The translations under genes were made by a program, and so were the position numbers. Under the pieces are notes generated by a model. The model saw nothing but the letters and a program-made list of their open reading frames with translations, had not been told where the DNA came from and searched no databases. DNA of 63,922 nt, filler included, from Octopus bimaculoides (taxonomy: Eukaryota), in the NCBI RefSeq assembly GCF_001194135.2. It is 11 parts of 10 records of this genome, joined end to end, with 100 filler letters (N's around TTAATTAATTAA, not from the genome) between each part and the next. Parts side by side here need not be neighbours in the genome. Positions count along the whole stretch, not along the records: positions 18,455 to 36,302 come from NC_068982.1; positions 36,403 to 39,066 come from NC_068984.1; positions 39,167 to 48,554 come from NC_068986.1; 8 more parts are not named here. One strand, given 5' to 3'. Shown in pieces: positions 25,517-41,419 of this stretch (the first letter of the stretch is position 1; every line of letters starts with the position of its first letter).

Positions 25517-26893
25517 AACATTTTCGGGGTAAGTGTAACTAATTGCAATATTTGGCTCATAGCATCGATGTTCTTAGTTCGCTGGTTATTACGTCTATTA
25601 GACGTGATAGACGAGGTGTTTTCTTTACTCTACGCCTCCTTACTCAAGGAGGTAGATTGCAGTTCGAAAGAACAGCATGTCTATAGTTGCAGTTTTCCCT
25701 GAGCCGAAGCGCATTGAAAATATAACATTTACTGCAAACTGAGATTGGCTAATGCCTTTACACATATACATGCGCACACACATACACAAGCATACATACA
25801 CATACGTGTGTATGTATGTATGTATTAATAATTAAATGAATAGGTAATGCTAAAGTAAACACCAGACTGAAAATGACTGGTCGATAAGATCTATGTGGTG
25901 TCACCATATGGTGATAATTCATTTATTAAAATCATTAAAAGTGCATGATAACTCAATATGAAACTATCAAAGGCCACAGTATTTCTCACTGCTAAACGAG
26001 CCAATAAACCAATATATTTTAATATCATGCCGCTTCTTTTTTTAAAAATTTAATATCTAAAATATAAATTTCCATATATATGTGTTCCCAGAATTCAAAT
26101 TCGGTATAAAATTTCTATACGGTTCCTGAAGAACCTGATTCTGTGTGCAGAATTCGATATATCGGACTAAATCTGAGGTAATACACGAGCTCTTTTTTGT
26201 ATTGTCCTATTACTTTCATTTATATTTTAATGGTAATCAACTATCCAGACATATTTTTAATCATGGCTTGAAAAGTGGGTACCAGTATGGTGATGAAACG
26301 AGTAAATTCCAATCGAAAATAGAATGTGTGAAAGAGCTGGAGATTGGTTTTTCGGTGACGAGTACTTAAGAAAATTTGGTGTTAGATAGCGAATATAACC
26401 AAAGATACACTAAGTGAAATTCATTCTCATTACACTTTGTTTAAGATATATTGTTGATGCTTACTCAAAATTAAAATATTAGAGAAAATTATCATATGAG
26501 AATTGAGAACGAAATGACTTAATGGCGGCATCAGTAATTAATGCTTTGATTTAAATCACAATACATGACCCTCGAAGGCACGTGTTAACAAAACAAATAA
26601 GCACTGGATGAATTTCTCACTGGGGACTTGATGAGTGAAGGTGGAGAATCTTTGCTTCAAAACTCAAATTTATAGTTATGAGAATCATTTCTAATCATCA
26701 TTCCATACGGTAACTCAACAACAAATTATTTAACACAACAGAAGCATATTATTCAGTAAGGAAGCAACTACATAGGAAGACTCATGAACAGTATAAACCT
26801 CAACAATTCCATCCATTCTTCAAGGCCGTTCATTCATCCGATCCTTGCAGTTGTTAAATCCATTGGCAATATTGGTGACCATCAAGACAATGA

Positions 26894-27100
26894 GCTGCCA
26901 GAATCGATAGCACAGCGGGCTAAATGCTAAGCGGTATTTTGTCCGTCTTTACGTTCTCAGTTTAAATTACGCCACGGTCTACATTTCTTTTCACTCTTTC
27001 GAAGTAGATAAAATAAGTACCAGTTAAGCACTGGAGTCGATGTAATCGACTTACGCCCTTCCCCGAAATTGCTGGCCGTGTGCCAAAGTTTGAAATCACT
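26894..27100 (+). mobile_element. SINE family B
   Basis: Near full-length match to the other family B copies. Confidence 0.85.
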
Positions 27101-27322
27101 AATGGTGACAATATTTTTGATGAGTAACAAAAAAAAACAAGAAGCATTAGAATAACACATCTTGAGGTAAGCAAAAGAACAAGTTCTTACATTTACCTTT
27201 ACATTGCCTCTTATTTACTGGGCACTTACCTGTGACTTTCCGGTCGGAATGTGTGAACATATGTGTGAACATATGTGTGAACATATTTACATTTTACGGA
27301 ATACACATGTACACATATATAT

Positions 27323-27374
<52 letters not shown>

Positions 27375-27375
<1 letters not shown>

Positions 27376-27670
27376 GGCGCATGACTCAGTGGTTAGAGCG
27401 TCGAGGTTACGATCGTGAGTTTGTGAGTTCAAATCCCGGACCGGGCTGCGTGTTGTGTTCTTGAGCAAGGCACTTTATTTCACGCTGCTCCTCTTCACTC
27501 AGCTATAGAAATGAGTTGCGACGTCACAGGTGCCAAGCTGTTTCGGCCTTTGCCTTTCCCTTGGATAACACTGGTGGTGTGGAGAGGGGAGGCCGGTATG
27601 CATGGGCGACTGCTGGTCTTTCATAAACGACCTTGCCCGAACGTGTGCCTGGGAGGGTAACTTTCTAGGC
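27375..27670 (+). mobile_element. tRNA-derived SINE, family C
   Basis: ggcgcatgactcagtggttagagcg..gagttcaaatccc head followed by a unique body. Confidence 0.85.
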
Positions 27671-27814
27671 ACAAGAAATACGAAACCCTTCTACTATTAA
27701 TTAATACCATTACCCTAAATGCCACTGCAAAGTTCCTGACATACATCCAACAGAAGTATACCAAAACTGCGAATGACAGCAGTATGCTGGTATTCTACTC
27801 AATCGACTTGTACC

Positions 27815-27892
<78 letters not shown>

Positions 27893-27929
27893 GTTTTATT
27901 ATTAGTTTTATTATTAGTTTTATTTTTAT

Positions 27930-28568
<639 letters not shown>

Positions 28569-28720
28569 NNNNNNNNNNNNNNNNNNNNNNNNNNNNNNNN
28601 NNNNNNNNNNNNNNNNNNNNNNNNNNNNNNNNNNNNNNNNNNNNNNNNNNNNNNNNNNNNNNNNNNNNNNNNNNNNNNNNNNNNNNNNNNNNATATACAT
28701 ATATATTTACATGTAAATGC

Positions 28721-28770
<50 letters not shown>

Positions 28771-30376
28771 GTATGTATTGTGTGTGATGTTACTTGTGGG
28801 CTAAATGTTGACATTTATTGGGAAAACTGAATTTGGTTTTAGCTTAGTGTTTAGGGAAAGGTTTCTGGTGTATAATTGATCAAGAATTCATGATACGACT
28901 AAATAACCTAACATTTCTTTACTGAAATGTCTAGGTTCGGTAAGGAAATGTTTGACCTTGTATGTAAATAGTATCCATTATAGCGAATTTTTCAGTAGAC
29001 ATTACTTCCTGAATCAATGCTAACGTCTTGTAGTTATACTTTTGTAAATTATTGGTTATTCTATAATCTGATTCCAACTCCATTTCGCCAAGTGTTAAAT
29101 AAATTTCTAGGAATTCTTTCCTACTTTTCGATGCCGCTAAGAGAGGAAATGATCTTGAGTATATTGAAACGGATAATTAACTCACTAACTCTCGTTTGGA
29201 TTATCTGAATTTCTGAAGCCGGCTGCAGTATATTTTGACAGTTGTAAAGTTTGTTAAACTTTGAAAGAAGATTGCTGCTTTAATGACATAATATTCCGGT
29301 TCCATTACTTAAATTTTGAGGACGTTGTAATAAAGGTTTTCGACAATAAAAATACTGGTAAATCATTATTTTGGCAAAAGCAGCCTTATCGAATATTCGT
29401 TTGACCATGATTTCTTGAAACGTTCAGTCAATTGTAATCGATAAGGTTTTAAAAAACATATAGGCCGAAGGTTTTAGTTTGGTAGGCTCCATAGTATTGT
29501 TAATGGTGCTGTTCATATGTAAACTCATAATTAATATAACTTCTTTTGAATACGAACTCAATTATAAGGTATATTAAATTTTATATAAAGTAGCTTTCAA
29601 TGTTCTATACATATATAATAAAAAATATCTAACAAGTAATCTAATTGGTTCGATTTGATGCAGAATAGACCATTAAATCCAAATTAAGCTGACAATTTGA
29701 TTACAAAGCAATACACTCAAATGATTATACACGAAATATTTCAAGCTTTAGATGTTGATAAACCATGTGACACAAATAGGTTTTTGAATCGAACACATAC
29801 AAACATAATCATTTCTAAAGAAAGTATTCCTATATAAAACATTGGTCTCTGCGTAATATTTATGGAAAATCAGGAGAGAATATGAATTAAGATAGAAACA
29901 AATATTTATCTGAAGAATCAAATGTAATATAATGAAACATTTCGATTATGTATATATAGATAGAAAACATAAATATATACAAAAATTTATATGCAAGCAC
30001 ACGATGGTGGAGTGCTTGGCGCAAAAATAGAGAACTATTTGAACTCTAAGAATATGTTTAAATATATCAATATGCAAATAGCATGTATATGTGTATGGTG
30101 TATGCATTTGCGGGCGAGCGTATAAAGAGAAAGTTAAGTAGATAGATACATGGACGCACACACACAAGCGCGCTCGCACACACACACATACATGCATACA
30201 TACATAAATGCATACATATATATATATACATATATACATATAAATATATATATATATCTATATATATATATCTATATATATATATGTATGTGTGCGCGCG
30301 TGCGTATGTATGTATGCGTGCATGTATCTATCTACCTAACTTTCTCTCTCTCTTTCTCTCTCTCTCTTTCTCTCTC

Positions 30377-30437
<61 letters not shown>

Positions 30438-31741
30438 CCACGCAAATATACCACAAATTCACTGGGGCATTTTATTCCATTATATGTAAATTAGAAGGAA
30501 ATATTTTGCGTGGCATGGAAGAGTAAGGGAGATTAAGACCGGTTTCTTTGGCAACGAATTGTATCATGTTTTAGGGCGTATTATTAGTGATTCCCATCTT
30601 TTCAATATACCTCCACGGATGACATATATGTTAGAAATTATTGTTGTATTGTATCGACTTTCTAATTTGGGAGAATGTGATATAACTCAACCCCTGCCAC
30701 GATGGAATACTGAAGCTGAATGTTTCTGGCATGTTACCAAGTGATTCACCGATTTGGAATCTATTCAAATTTGTCTTTTTCTTCAATTCTCCGCTGTTAT
30801 TGTTTTAACAAAATATAGTACAAGTCAATATATTTGGGAACATTTATGCAGATATATATTTCAATTTTCTTGGTCACAATCTTAGTTTTGGTTTTGTCAA
30901 AACACAGAATATACTTTATTCGTTTTAATCAACGAAATAATTAATTGTATTAGCTTGAATTCATTATGGTTGTAGACGTAGAATTCACTATTACAAAAGT
31001 ATTAAACCATTATATAATACATAGTATATTCGAATTAACTTCTGCCTTCTACTCGTGTTTCTGAGCAGTTCAATGAGTTCTATATATATGTAAACGTATA
31101 CTTGGGGGAAGAAAATAACAATGTCTCAAAACCAGTGTCTCAGAACTAATGTCTCAGTACTATGTGCGAATTTACGATATAGCTACGTTGTCATTAATAT
31201 ACATCATAGAATAGCATTTGATTTTAAATGAAAACACATCACTATACGATGCCGAAAGAGCGTTTGAGGAGTTTATATTATAACACATCTACAGCAAATA
31301 AATATATTTAAGTCAATGGCTTATATCATGTTCCATCTGCATATCGACAGATTATGTAGCGCATACATTACTGTCCAGTTAGTAGTAACGTGTGCGATGT
31401 GAAACCACAACTGAATGACGAACGCACATTACCAAGCCATTCTTACGCACATTTCCCCGCATTCAGCCTTGTGCCAAAAGGAGAACACATTTAGAAGGGT
31501 TTGTAGACATTTGACATCTACTTCTAAAGGATTAGTGTTGTCCATCCAACACCCTTAATTATAATAATATATTCATAATTATACACTTAGATATTAATTT
31601 TACCAATATGGTGGTTTTTATACGCTGGCCACTGATATAATCATTTTAACGACTATATCTTCAATTTATACAAACACACACATATGTATACACGCAAGCA
31701 CACATACACACACAGACACACATGTATACACGTATGCACGT

Positions 31742-31784
<43 letters not shown>

Positions 31785-32046
31785 NNNNNNNNNNNNNNNN
31801 NNNNNNNNNNNNNNNNNNNNNNNNNNNNNNNNNNNNNNNNNNNNNNNNNNNNNNNNNNNNNNNNNNNNNNNNNNNNNNNNNNNNNNNNNNNNNNNNNNNN
31901 NNNNNNNNNNNNNNNNNNNNNNNNNNNNNNNNNNNNNNNNNNNNNNNNNNNNNNNNNNNNNNNNNNNNNNNNNNNNNNNNNNNNNNNNNNNNNNNNNNNN
32001 NNNNNNNNNNNNNNNNNNNNNNNNNNNNNNNNNNNNNNNNNNNNNN

Positions 32047-32084
<38 letters not shown>

Positions 32085-32315
32085 GCGTGTCTGTGTTCGC
32101 GACACACGTAAAATTAATATAAACAGCAGTTTGCAATGTTTCACCAAAATGGACAATTAAAATTGTCACGAAATATGACTATGGTGCTATAAAACATCAA
32201 CACTGCTGTAAATCAGTGCTAAAAATGCTCTTATGCTATAATCAACGTACATATATATAGATATATACACTAACTTGGACTTTAATGATCCTAAAAGTGC
32301 CATCTAGCATTATTT

Positions 32316-32360
32316 ATACTGACCTGAGTTTCGGCAATGCCTGTTTGCCTCTTCTGGAAG
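32316..32360 (-). ncRNA. Degenerate hammerhead motif
   Basis: Minus: CAGAAGA-GGCAA acaggca TTGCC-GAAAC tcag GTC-agtat; U4A change and poor stem I. Confidence 0.5.
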
Positions 32361-33306
32361 GACTGGCTCGTACTCCAGCTCTTTCTGGACTCACTTCTTT
32401 TTTAGTGTATATGCTTTCATCATTGAAATCTATAGATAATTCAGTGATTCGCTATATATATACTTCTATTAAACCTTGACTTCTAATTTTCTTTCAATCC
32501 GATGTTGCACAAAATGGAAGATGCTTTCTCATATAATTCAGACCTGTATATACCACATGCAGTCCCAACTAGAAATAATTCCTGATAGAGTCTGTCTATG
32601 TGATTCATTCAACCTCATTTTTTTACACGTATAAATTTATGAAATCTCGGAGAAATCGTAACCATATTCTACTCTGTCGGTCTTTGGAGCCATATAGTTT
32701 GTCGCCTCACTGTTTCAATATATATGAAATATATAAGATATATAATAAATAAATATGTAAAATTTAGTTATAAAGTATATTATTTATCGAAGTAGAAAAA
32801 TGTCGAAACTTTGACAGACTTACCAAGATTACTGATTGATACAAGTAATTCACGTATTCCAAACTTTTATTTTTATTATATCGTGCCAAAAGAACAGATG
32901 AAAAATATTTCCAGTAACACTGATGTGTATGATAGATGGAAGTTTTGTGACATAGATAAATAGCAAAATTGTCTCAGAGAAAAGAACTGAAATGATAAGG
33001 AAATCGACAGAAGACAGATATTGTAAAACAAAGTCTGCCAGAAATAGAGTAAGACACACAGTCGAGACATGCGCATTCAACAAACCATTCTAAAGATTAA
33101 AAGCGTACTGCAATATGATTTCAGATACGATTTTTCTGAAGAAAAATATAATTGCATCCTAGACGTTAGTTATATTATTGTTTATGTTTTTACACTTATT
33201 TTATTTTCCATATCGTCATTTTCTCCCTTATCTCCTATTTCTTTTTAATATACACCATAATCATCATCACAACAATACCATCATCGTCGTCGTCATCATC
33301 ATCATC

Positions 33307-33337
<31 letters not shown>

Positions 33338-36300
33338 CTGCTATGAACATCGTCTTCGTTCTCTTCATAGTCGTCATCATCCATGCTATAACACTATGAT
33401 TATGATTGTATCTTTAAGCAACGAGGCGAATCACTGTTATTGCGTAACTAAAAATATGAGAAAAACCTCTTACGTTTCCAAGCAATCTACTAAAAATATC
33501 AGTCAGACATTCCTCAAAAAACATTCAATAACGCAGTTTTAGTTTACGCTATGTCTAAAAAAATTCTGTGATATTCTGCGTATAAACCCGCTATATCTTA
33601 ATTGATATGACTGCAAACCCCCCCCCCCCACAAAAAAAAATCAACAACTAATTGACTGAAGCAATTCATAAAATTAGAGAAACTCTTGACATAACTTAAT
33701 CAACAAAACCGTTCATGGAGCAGACGATAGGAAGGACGGCCAAATCATATAATATACTCGTGAAGTATGGTTGGAAATATGCTCAAGAGGGTATAATCTA
33801 GAAGTAAAGTTGTTACATTCTTGTCCAATTTATATATGTACAGTACCAAGCAGCACCAGTAACATTGCATGTCAATAACATAGGAAGTTTTGAATGAATA
33901 ACCATTTTCGTAATGTACATATCTGACCATATTCCAAATGAATTGTTATTGACCGAGATACAGATATTAATTGTTTCCTCTATACGTGGTTTCTATTTTA
34001 TCAAAAGTAATATTTTAGATATTTTGGAACGAACTTCCTGTAGGAATCATACCGTTAGAAAAACATCGTTTGGAAAAGACAAGAAACATATAATCAAAGA
34101 TGAAACATGTGCTGATTATATTTATAAAGTTGCTGCTTGCGTTGCATTTTCGTGTGTCTGCTTGTGCTGTTGTCTCTTTTAACTTTACTGTATATAAGAC
34201 CCATGCATTGACATATTTGGCTATTCTTTCTATTTTAAATTATATCAAATTGACGGGGGGGGGGGCCTCGTTGACTGTTTTTTTGCAAATGGTTTATTGC
34301 GTATGCGATCACAAATAACGAATTAAAGGGATTTTTGTATCCAGTGTGGGCATTGGTGTCCTCCCTCATACGTCGACAGAAACATATTATGTGTGGGTGT
34401 GCGTGTGTGAGCGTCCGTGTATGCATGTGTGTGGGGTTTGTGTGGAGTATGTGACGGTGTTCGTGTGGCTATGCAACATAGTGAAGTTACTGGTATCGTG
34501 TTTATTATCCGGTTTGGATAGTTTCAATAACAGATCGATTAAATAAATTATTTAAACACCATCAATCAATATAAATTATGATTATATAGTTAGATGCGCT
34601 ATTGAGTGTAACTGAATTCTGTCATTGCATCCTGATAGTGAAAACGATGAAATACAGTTGTTGCTATCATTTTTGTCTGATTTCTTTCCATAATTCTATT
34701 TCGAGAACACTTTTAGAATGGGAGTAAATACTCGATTGAGCATTATATATTTGTCTTGTCGTTTCACATTGCAGTTTTTTTTTCCCATTTCTTCTTTTTA
34801 TCTGGTTCTGTTTGAAGTAGAATCGTTTTTTTTTATTGTATTCGTTTACATTTCATGCTGTTTTTATATTACATTATACTATTACAATATTTTGATTATG
34901 ATTGGATTGTTGGTCTATTCAATTTAATGCAAAATTAATCATTCCTTTCACGTGTACATTTTTCTTACCTATATCCTACTATTCGTTTGGTGCATAATTA
35001 TTGCGGCTTTTTTTCGACAGATTTTACTTAAAACCAATAACAATATTTAGCAAACACAACTTTATATAGTCCTAAATATAACTTTATATAGCCCTGAACA
35101 TAACTTCTTTGTACTCTACATTGCTATATACATGCAATGATCTTCTCTACCGTTATGTCTCTCTATCCGCCTGCCTGACCCTCTGTTTATTTATGTTTGC
35201 ATCTCTGACTTGCTGTCACTCTCTGTATCGGTCTATACCTCTCTCACCCTGATACGAAAAGGAATGCATTATATTGTTCTTAAGCACATTTATATTGCAA
35301 CGGTCCATGTCTATAAAATTTACTGGGCATCAACTAAAATTAAGGTGCTAAGTAAATGACTAGAAAATTGAAAACCATTTCAATTATTTGGCACTTCAAT
35401 TTTTATTTCTTCCTAATAACGAAGAGTAGTTACAAACTAACTGATAACCAAAACACATTTCTTTATTTATTGATATTTCATTCAATCGTCGATGTTTGCA
35501 GAGGTAATCCGCAATAACGACTTCAATTTTATACATTTCCGAAATACATTTTATATTCATTGAAATCAATATATTTTTATCGTCAAAACTTTATACGAAA
35601 TTACCAGATAATTTACTTACATGTTGCATTAAAGAATATTCATAATCCCAGTAAACGGATTGCTGAAAGCGAGGTGCTGTTATAGTGCTTGCAATTCATT
35701 TAGAAAAATGCTGTTTGAAATCCATGAAAACGATATTTAAATTAGATATTTTTGTCTAATTCCTTACCATTAACCGGCATCGATTGGCAATATAAATGTG
35801 TTGATTTCAGAGAAAAAACGCTAGTTCTATTCTATTTGTATTTATTTCTTTTTACAGTGAAATGGATGTTTTATACAAAATCTAAAATTTCAGAAGAATT
35901 GTAGACATTAAATCCTTTCCTTTACTTGAAGTTTCCTTTTGAACCAGATCCTTCGGATCACTTCGTAGTGAATAGCATTACCGATGGTGCATAATGAGTG
36001 AATGCGTGTGTGTAGGATTGTATATTAAGAAATAATTAATTGTGTCACAGTATTAACGACTCGAGATATCACATATACCATATCTGTTATTGATGTGGAT
36101 TTCGCATGGAATCTGTTGATTACCATCACGCCATTAAACATGCCATTGGTACGGTGGTTGTCTATACTAATAACATGTTAATATGCATATACATATGTAT
36201 GTATAAATATATATACATTTATTATATATCATATATATGTATATGTATATGGCATATAATATCTAAATATATGTATATATATGTATATATATATATATAT

Positions 36301-36841
36301 ATNNNNNNNNNNNNNNNNNNNNNNNNNNNNNNNNNNNNNNNNNNNNTTAATTAATTAANNNNNNNNNNNNNNNNNNNNNNNNNNNNNNNNNNNNNNNNNN
36401 NNGCGCGTATATATGGGTGTGTGTGTGTATATATGTGCGTTCGGCTATGTGTGTGTGAGGGCGCGTATGTATGTTTGTCATGTATGTGGGCGGTATATGT
36501 ATGTGGGCGGTATATATGTAAGGTGTGTGGGTATTTGTGCGTGTAGGTAGTGGTGAGATAAAAAGTAGAAAAAAGTAAGTCTAATAACAAATATATATAT
36601 ATACACACACACATATATATATACACTAATATACATGTATATATGCATACACACGCACACATATAATACATATACACACACATATATATACACACATATA
36701 CGAATTTACACATAAACACATTTATACATACATACATATGCACACATATATACACATTCACAAAAGCAAAAAAGACAAACGTCCATATGCAGCAAAGAAA
36801 ATACATATATAAAAAACATAAAAAATACACACACACACACA

Positions 36842-36927
<86 letters not shown>

Positions 36928-37646
36928 CAGATATACATATGTATATGCGTGCGTGTTACTGTATCCATACACAAACATATGCACACACAGACATACAAGT
37001 ATACATGCCTACACACATACATATACAAGCATATACACATATAGACAAACATAAAATACATTCATGCGCAAACACAAATACATTCAAGTATACACATACA
37101 TACCTAAATGCAACCGTTCCCTCTCTCTCTCACTCTTTCTCCTTGACTCTCTCGTCGCTGACACGTGACGAAAGGCAATCTATCTTTTTGTCCATTTCTT
37201 TCCTAAAGCCAAGACGTGCTTTTACCTGTCTTCTCTCATAGCTCGTCCTCCTAGCGTTCATAATAATTTTTTTATCGTTTTAGCTCAACAGCGCTCACCG
37301 TTTATTTTTACTGACTTGTTCTCACTGTCCTGTTCTTGTTACCACTTTCACCCTCCGCAAAAAATCCTAAATTTTATTTAATTAGCTTTGCGGGAAGGAC
37401 TGTTTCAACGAAGTCGCGTATTGTCCTTATCTTCGAAACGCGGAGTAGATGAAACAGGGACAACTGGTGAAGGGGAATATTCTTTATGTTGCATGTCTCC
37501 TTTCTCTGTTTTTTCGTTGTTCAAAAAATGTTCGTTTTCTATGTTTTTGTTTCTCATTGTGTTTAACGTTTTTTTGATGTCCTGTACCCATATATGCATA
37601 TGCATATATTTATATTATAAATATATGCATATGCATAAATTTATAT

Positions 37647-37728
<82 letters not shown>

Positions 37729-38376
37729 TATATATACATACACATACATACACTTAACACAAAAGTATATACAGTCATACATAGATACATACATACAAAC
37801 ATACACATACGCACACACACACACGCACACACACACGTGCATACACTCGCACGTACACATACAAGGGTGCATGCGTAAGGGAATATACAAAACAAATAAA
37901 ATGATAATATACATATACACATACATATAGAAACATGAACACAAGTGTATAAACATACCTACACAGGCACACATACATACATGCACACACAGGGAAGACG
38001 TACATACACATATACCTAAGAGTATAATAAGAACTAAAAAAGATGAAAATAAGGTAATCAAAAAAACTATTTCAGGTTAATGAAAAGAAATTTGGACATA
38101 TTTTTACAAGAAAAACTGTATTGTCTTTCGAAACGTGCGTATGTATTGAATCTAGTTTTGTATTCAATCAAAATTTTGATTCGACATCTTTTTTTCTCCA
38201 TCTTTTTAATGCTTGTTTATGGTATATTTATACCTATAACTAAATTTTTCAGCTACTATTTTCATATTCTTATTACTTGCTCTGGCTGATTTTTATGAAT
38301 ATGATGAATCTTTATTAGAAATCAATTTTTCTCTCTTTTTGGATCTATCAAAAAGTTTGAATTGTTCTTTTTCAAC

Positions 38377-38454
<78 letters not shown>

Positions 38455-38626
38455 AACACATATATACATATAAATATACATATTTATAAATATATGTATA
38501 TATATATATATACATAAATATATGTATATATAAATATACATACATATTTGTGTGTATATATATATATATAAATATATTATATATACATATAAATATATAC
38601 ATATAATATATATATATATTTATATA

Positions 38627-39048
38627 AACGAGGTGAGTCAAAAAGTAATGCCATTTTGTTTAGGACAGGTACAATTACCAGCACAGGAACATGTATCATA
38701 CATCAAAATGAAACAGGTCCTCTGTGGATCACTTCCCCATCACTGGAATAATATTTGCCTCTCAAACCCTCTTTCATGGAGCCGAAGAGATGATAGTCCA
38801 GTGACGAGGAAGTCACAACTGTAGTGAAGTAGTGGTTCAAAGAACAGTCAACAGAATTTTACGGGGCAGGGATACATGGTTTTATTCGAAAGTGGAACAT
38901 TGCTATTGAGAGAAACGGTGACTATGTTGAGAAGTAGGGATGGGATCGATAGAGGACCAGCTTCAGTTTGATGTATGATACATGTTCCTGTGTTGGTAAT
39001 TATACCTGTCCTAAACAAAATGACATTACTTTTTGACTCAGCCTTGTA
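38627..39048. mobile_element. Mariner-derived MITE with about 110-bp inverted arms
   Basis: gagtcaaaaagtaat..ggaacatgtatcatacatcaaa is mirrored at the right end; internal transposase C-terminus (WFKEQSTEFY..WNIAIERNGDYVEK*) and inverted DYHLFGSMKEGLRG segment. Confidence 0.9.
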
Positions 39049-39396
39049 TATTTATACATATATATANNNNNNNNNNNNNNNNNNNNNNNNNNNNNNNNNN
39101 NNNNNNNNNNTTAATTAATTAANNNNNNNNNNNNNNNNNNNNNNNNNNNNNNNNNNNNNNNNNNNNCACACACAAATATATATGCATACATATCTATCTA
39201 TCTATATATATGTACACACATACATAAATGACATATATTACATATATGATAAAAGTGTGTAGGTCTTATCTATGTGCACTCGTATCTGACTGCTCTGATA
39301 CTAAACAGGAAGTGACCCCATCACGTGATCCGTGACTCAGAATTCCAGTATCAAAACATCAAGTAAAATTAAATCAAGTTTGCAGAAAAACGTAGT

Positions 39397-39488
<92 letters not shown>

Positions 39489-39754
39489 CATGTATATTTA
39501 TATATATATATACATACATATATATACATGCGTTATCTGTTTATATAAATGTATAATTATATAATATACATATGCGTTTGTATGCATATGCCTATATGTA
39601 TAAATTACACATATTTATACATACACACACCACACACACTACACACAGGTACACACATATCTGTTATCTCTTTGTACATGATTTCATTACATATTCTCGA
39701 TTATTTCTTACTAATTTTATGAGGTCGGCACTTTGATTGGTAATCTTTTGACTC

Positions 39755-39818
<64 letters not shown>

Positions 39819-39979
39819 GTCCTCTCTCTTTCGTTCTCTCTCTCTCTCTCTCTCTCTCACTCTCTCTCTCCCTTTATGTACTATGCTAACAGGCGTCAGT
39901 GATCGTGGACTGGACTCCTATGCCCTTTTGTCACACAGTTTAGCGTTTTATTTGGGCCAGTTTCTCTGAAGCCAGCTGG

Positions 39980-40140
39980 TAAGGCTATCGAGTATCTTCC
40001 CCATCTCTTTCTCACCCTCTCTCTATCTCTCTCAGCCTCTCTCAATCCCTCTCACCCTCTCTCTATCTCTCTCTATTCCTCTCACCCTCTTTCTATCCCT
40101 CTCACCCTCTCTCTATCCCTCTCACCCCATCTCTCTCTTC
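39980..40140 (+). repeat. About 20-bp pyrimidine tandem repeat (ccctctcaccctctctctat)
   Basis: Several consecutive units. Confidence 0.8.
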
Positions 40141-41178
40141 CTCTCTGTCTGTTACTTTATTCACTCGAACATTTTTCTAAGTAACGCCATCGTTTTGAAG
40201 ATTTTGTACTTGTTATCTGATGTTCCAGGTCAAAAGAATAAAATATAAGGAGAGGTTCGTTGTATAGCCTTGCGAATATTTACCTCAGGATCATTTATAT
40301 CCCATACCCGTGTATCTGACAATATGTTAGCGAGAAAAATTATTTTGTCAACAAACAGCAGCATGCACAATTGGAAAAATGATATAGTGTGAGTAAATCA
40401 AAAGTGAAGGGCAAGCCTGTGTATTATCACCAAACACAGTTTCATTATACAGAGAAATGATTATGTGACATATTGAAAAGTTTCAAGGCATACAGCTAGG
40501 GGAAAACATCAACGGTATCTGTTATGCGCACAACACAGTCTTCATAGCAATAAGACAGAATAATCAACAAATATTGGCGTGTACTTTTAATGATGGAAGT
40601 GAGAAAATGGGTCTAGTTTTTTAATATACCAAAGCAAAAACAAATAAATAATGCCTCTCCCAAGGTTTAATTAAATTAATAATTTCTAAGAAAAATGACC
40701 ATCAATTTGTAACATACTAATTAATGTAACAGCATTTAATGTTATTTGGGATCCATCATTTGATCAAATGGGAAAAACCCTTTAGGTAGACAGAAGACTT
40801 ACATCCCAACAATATTGTATAAACGAAGTCTTTCATACATGTGAGGGGAGGCACTTTCGAGATTTGAAGCCGAAATTATCCGTAGATGTAGTGGTGGATG
40901 GATTCTCGTACAATAAAACCTTCGATCGCATGCGTTTCATCACACTTTCCGTCTCCTCCGTAAGTCGCGTCAAGTAGATTTTGCTTGGAGGTATTTTGAT
41001 TGTCCTCAGCAAGTACGGTAGTGGTTGTCACTCTATTACAAACTGTTGGTCAGATATTCGTAAATGGCGCTCAACAGAGTCTGGAGCAATTGTACAAGTG
41101 AGTGGACAAACGAAAGAAGGCCACTCAACAAATTTATTGGAGTTGCAAGTAGGAATCAAAACAATTTGATTCAATTCC

Positions 41179-41223
41179 TTGGTACACTTTGAGTTTCAAG
41201 CGTGAGGCTTGTCGTCAGCCATT
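41179..41223 (-). ncRNA. Degenerate hammerhead motif in the inverted terminal repeat
   Basis: TGG-CTGACGA-caagcctcacgctt-GAAAC tcaaagt GTA-CCA. Confidence 0.55.
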
Positions 41224-41419
41224 TTGAATTTGAATAACAGAAGCTGATTATTATTACCGTACGGTAGAGAAAGATCACGCGGTGTCGTGGTTTGATGTTG
41301 GTATTTGGGTAATAGCTAGTTGGAAAATATCGCATGGTGAACAGGAAATTAATGACGTAGCGATTAGGAAATCAGTCAGGTTATTGGGGAGTAAGAGATG
41401 GCATGTGCTCCAACCACAA

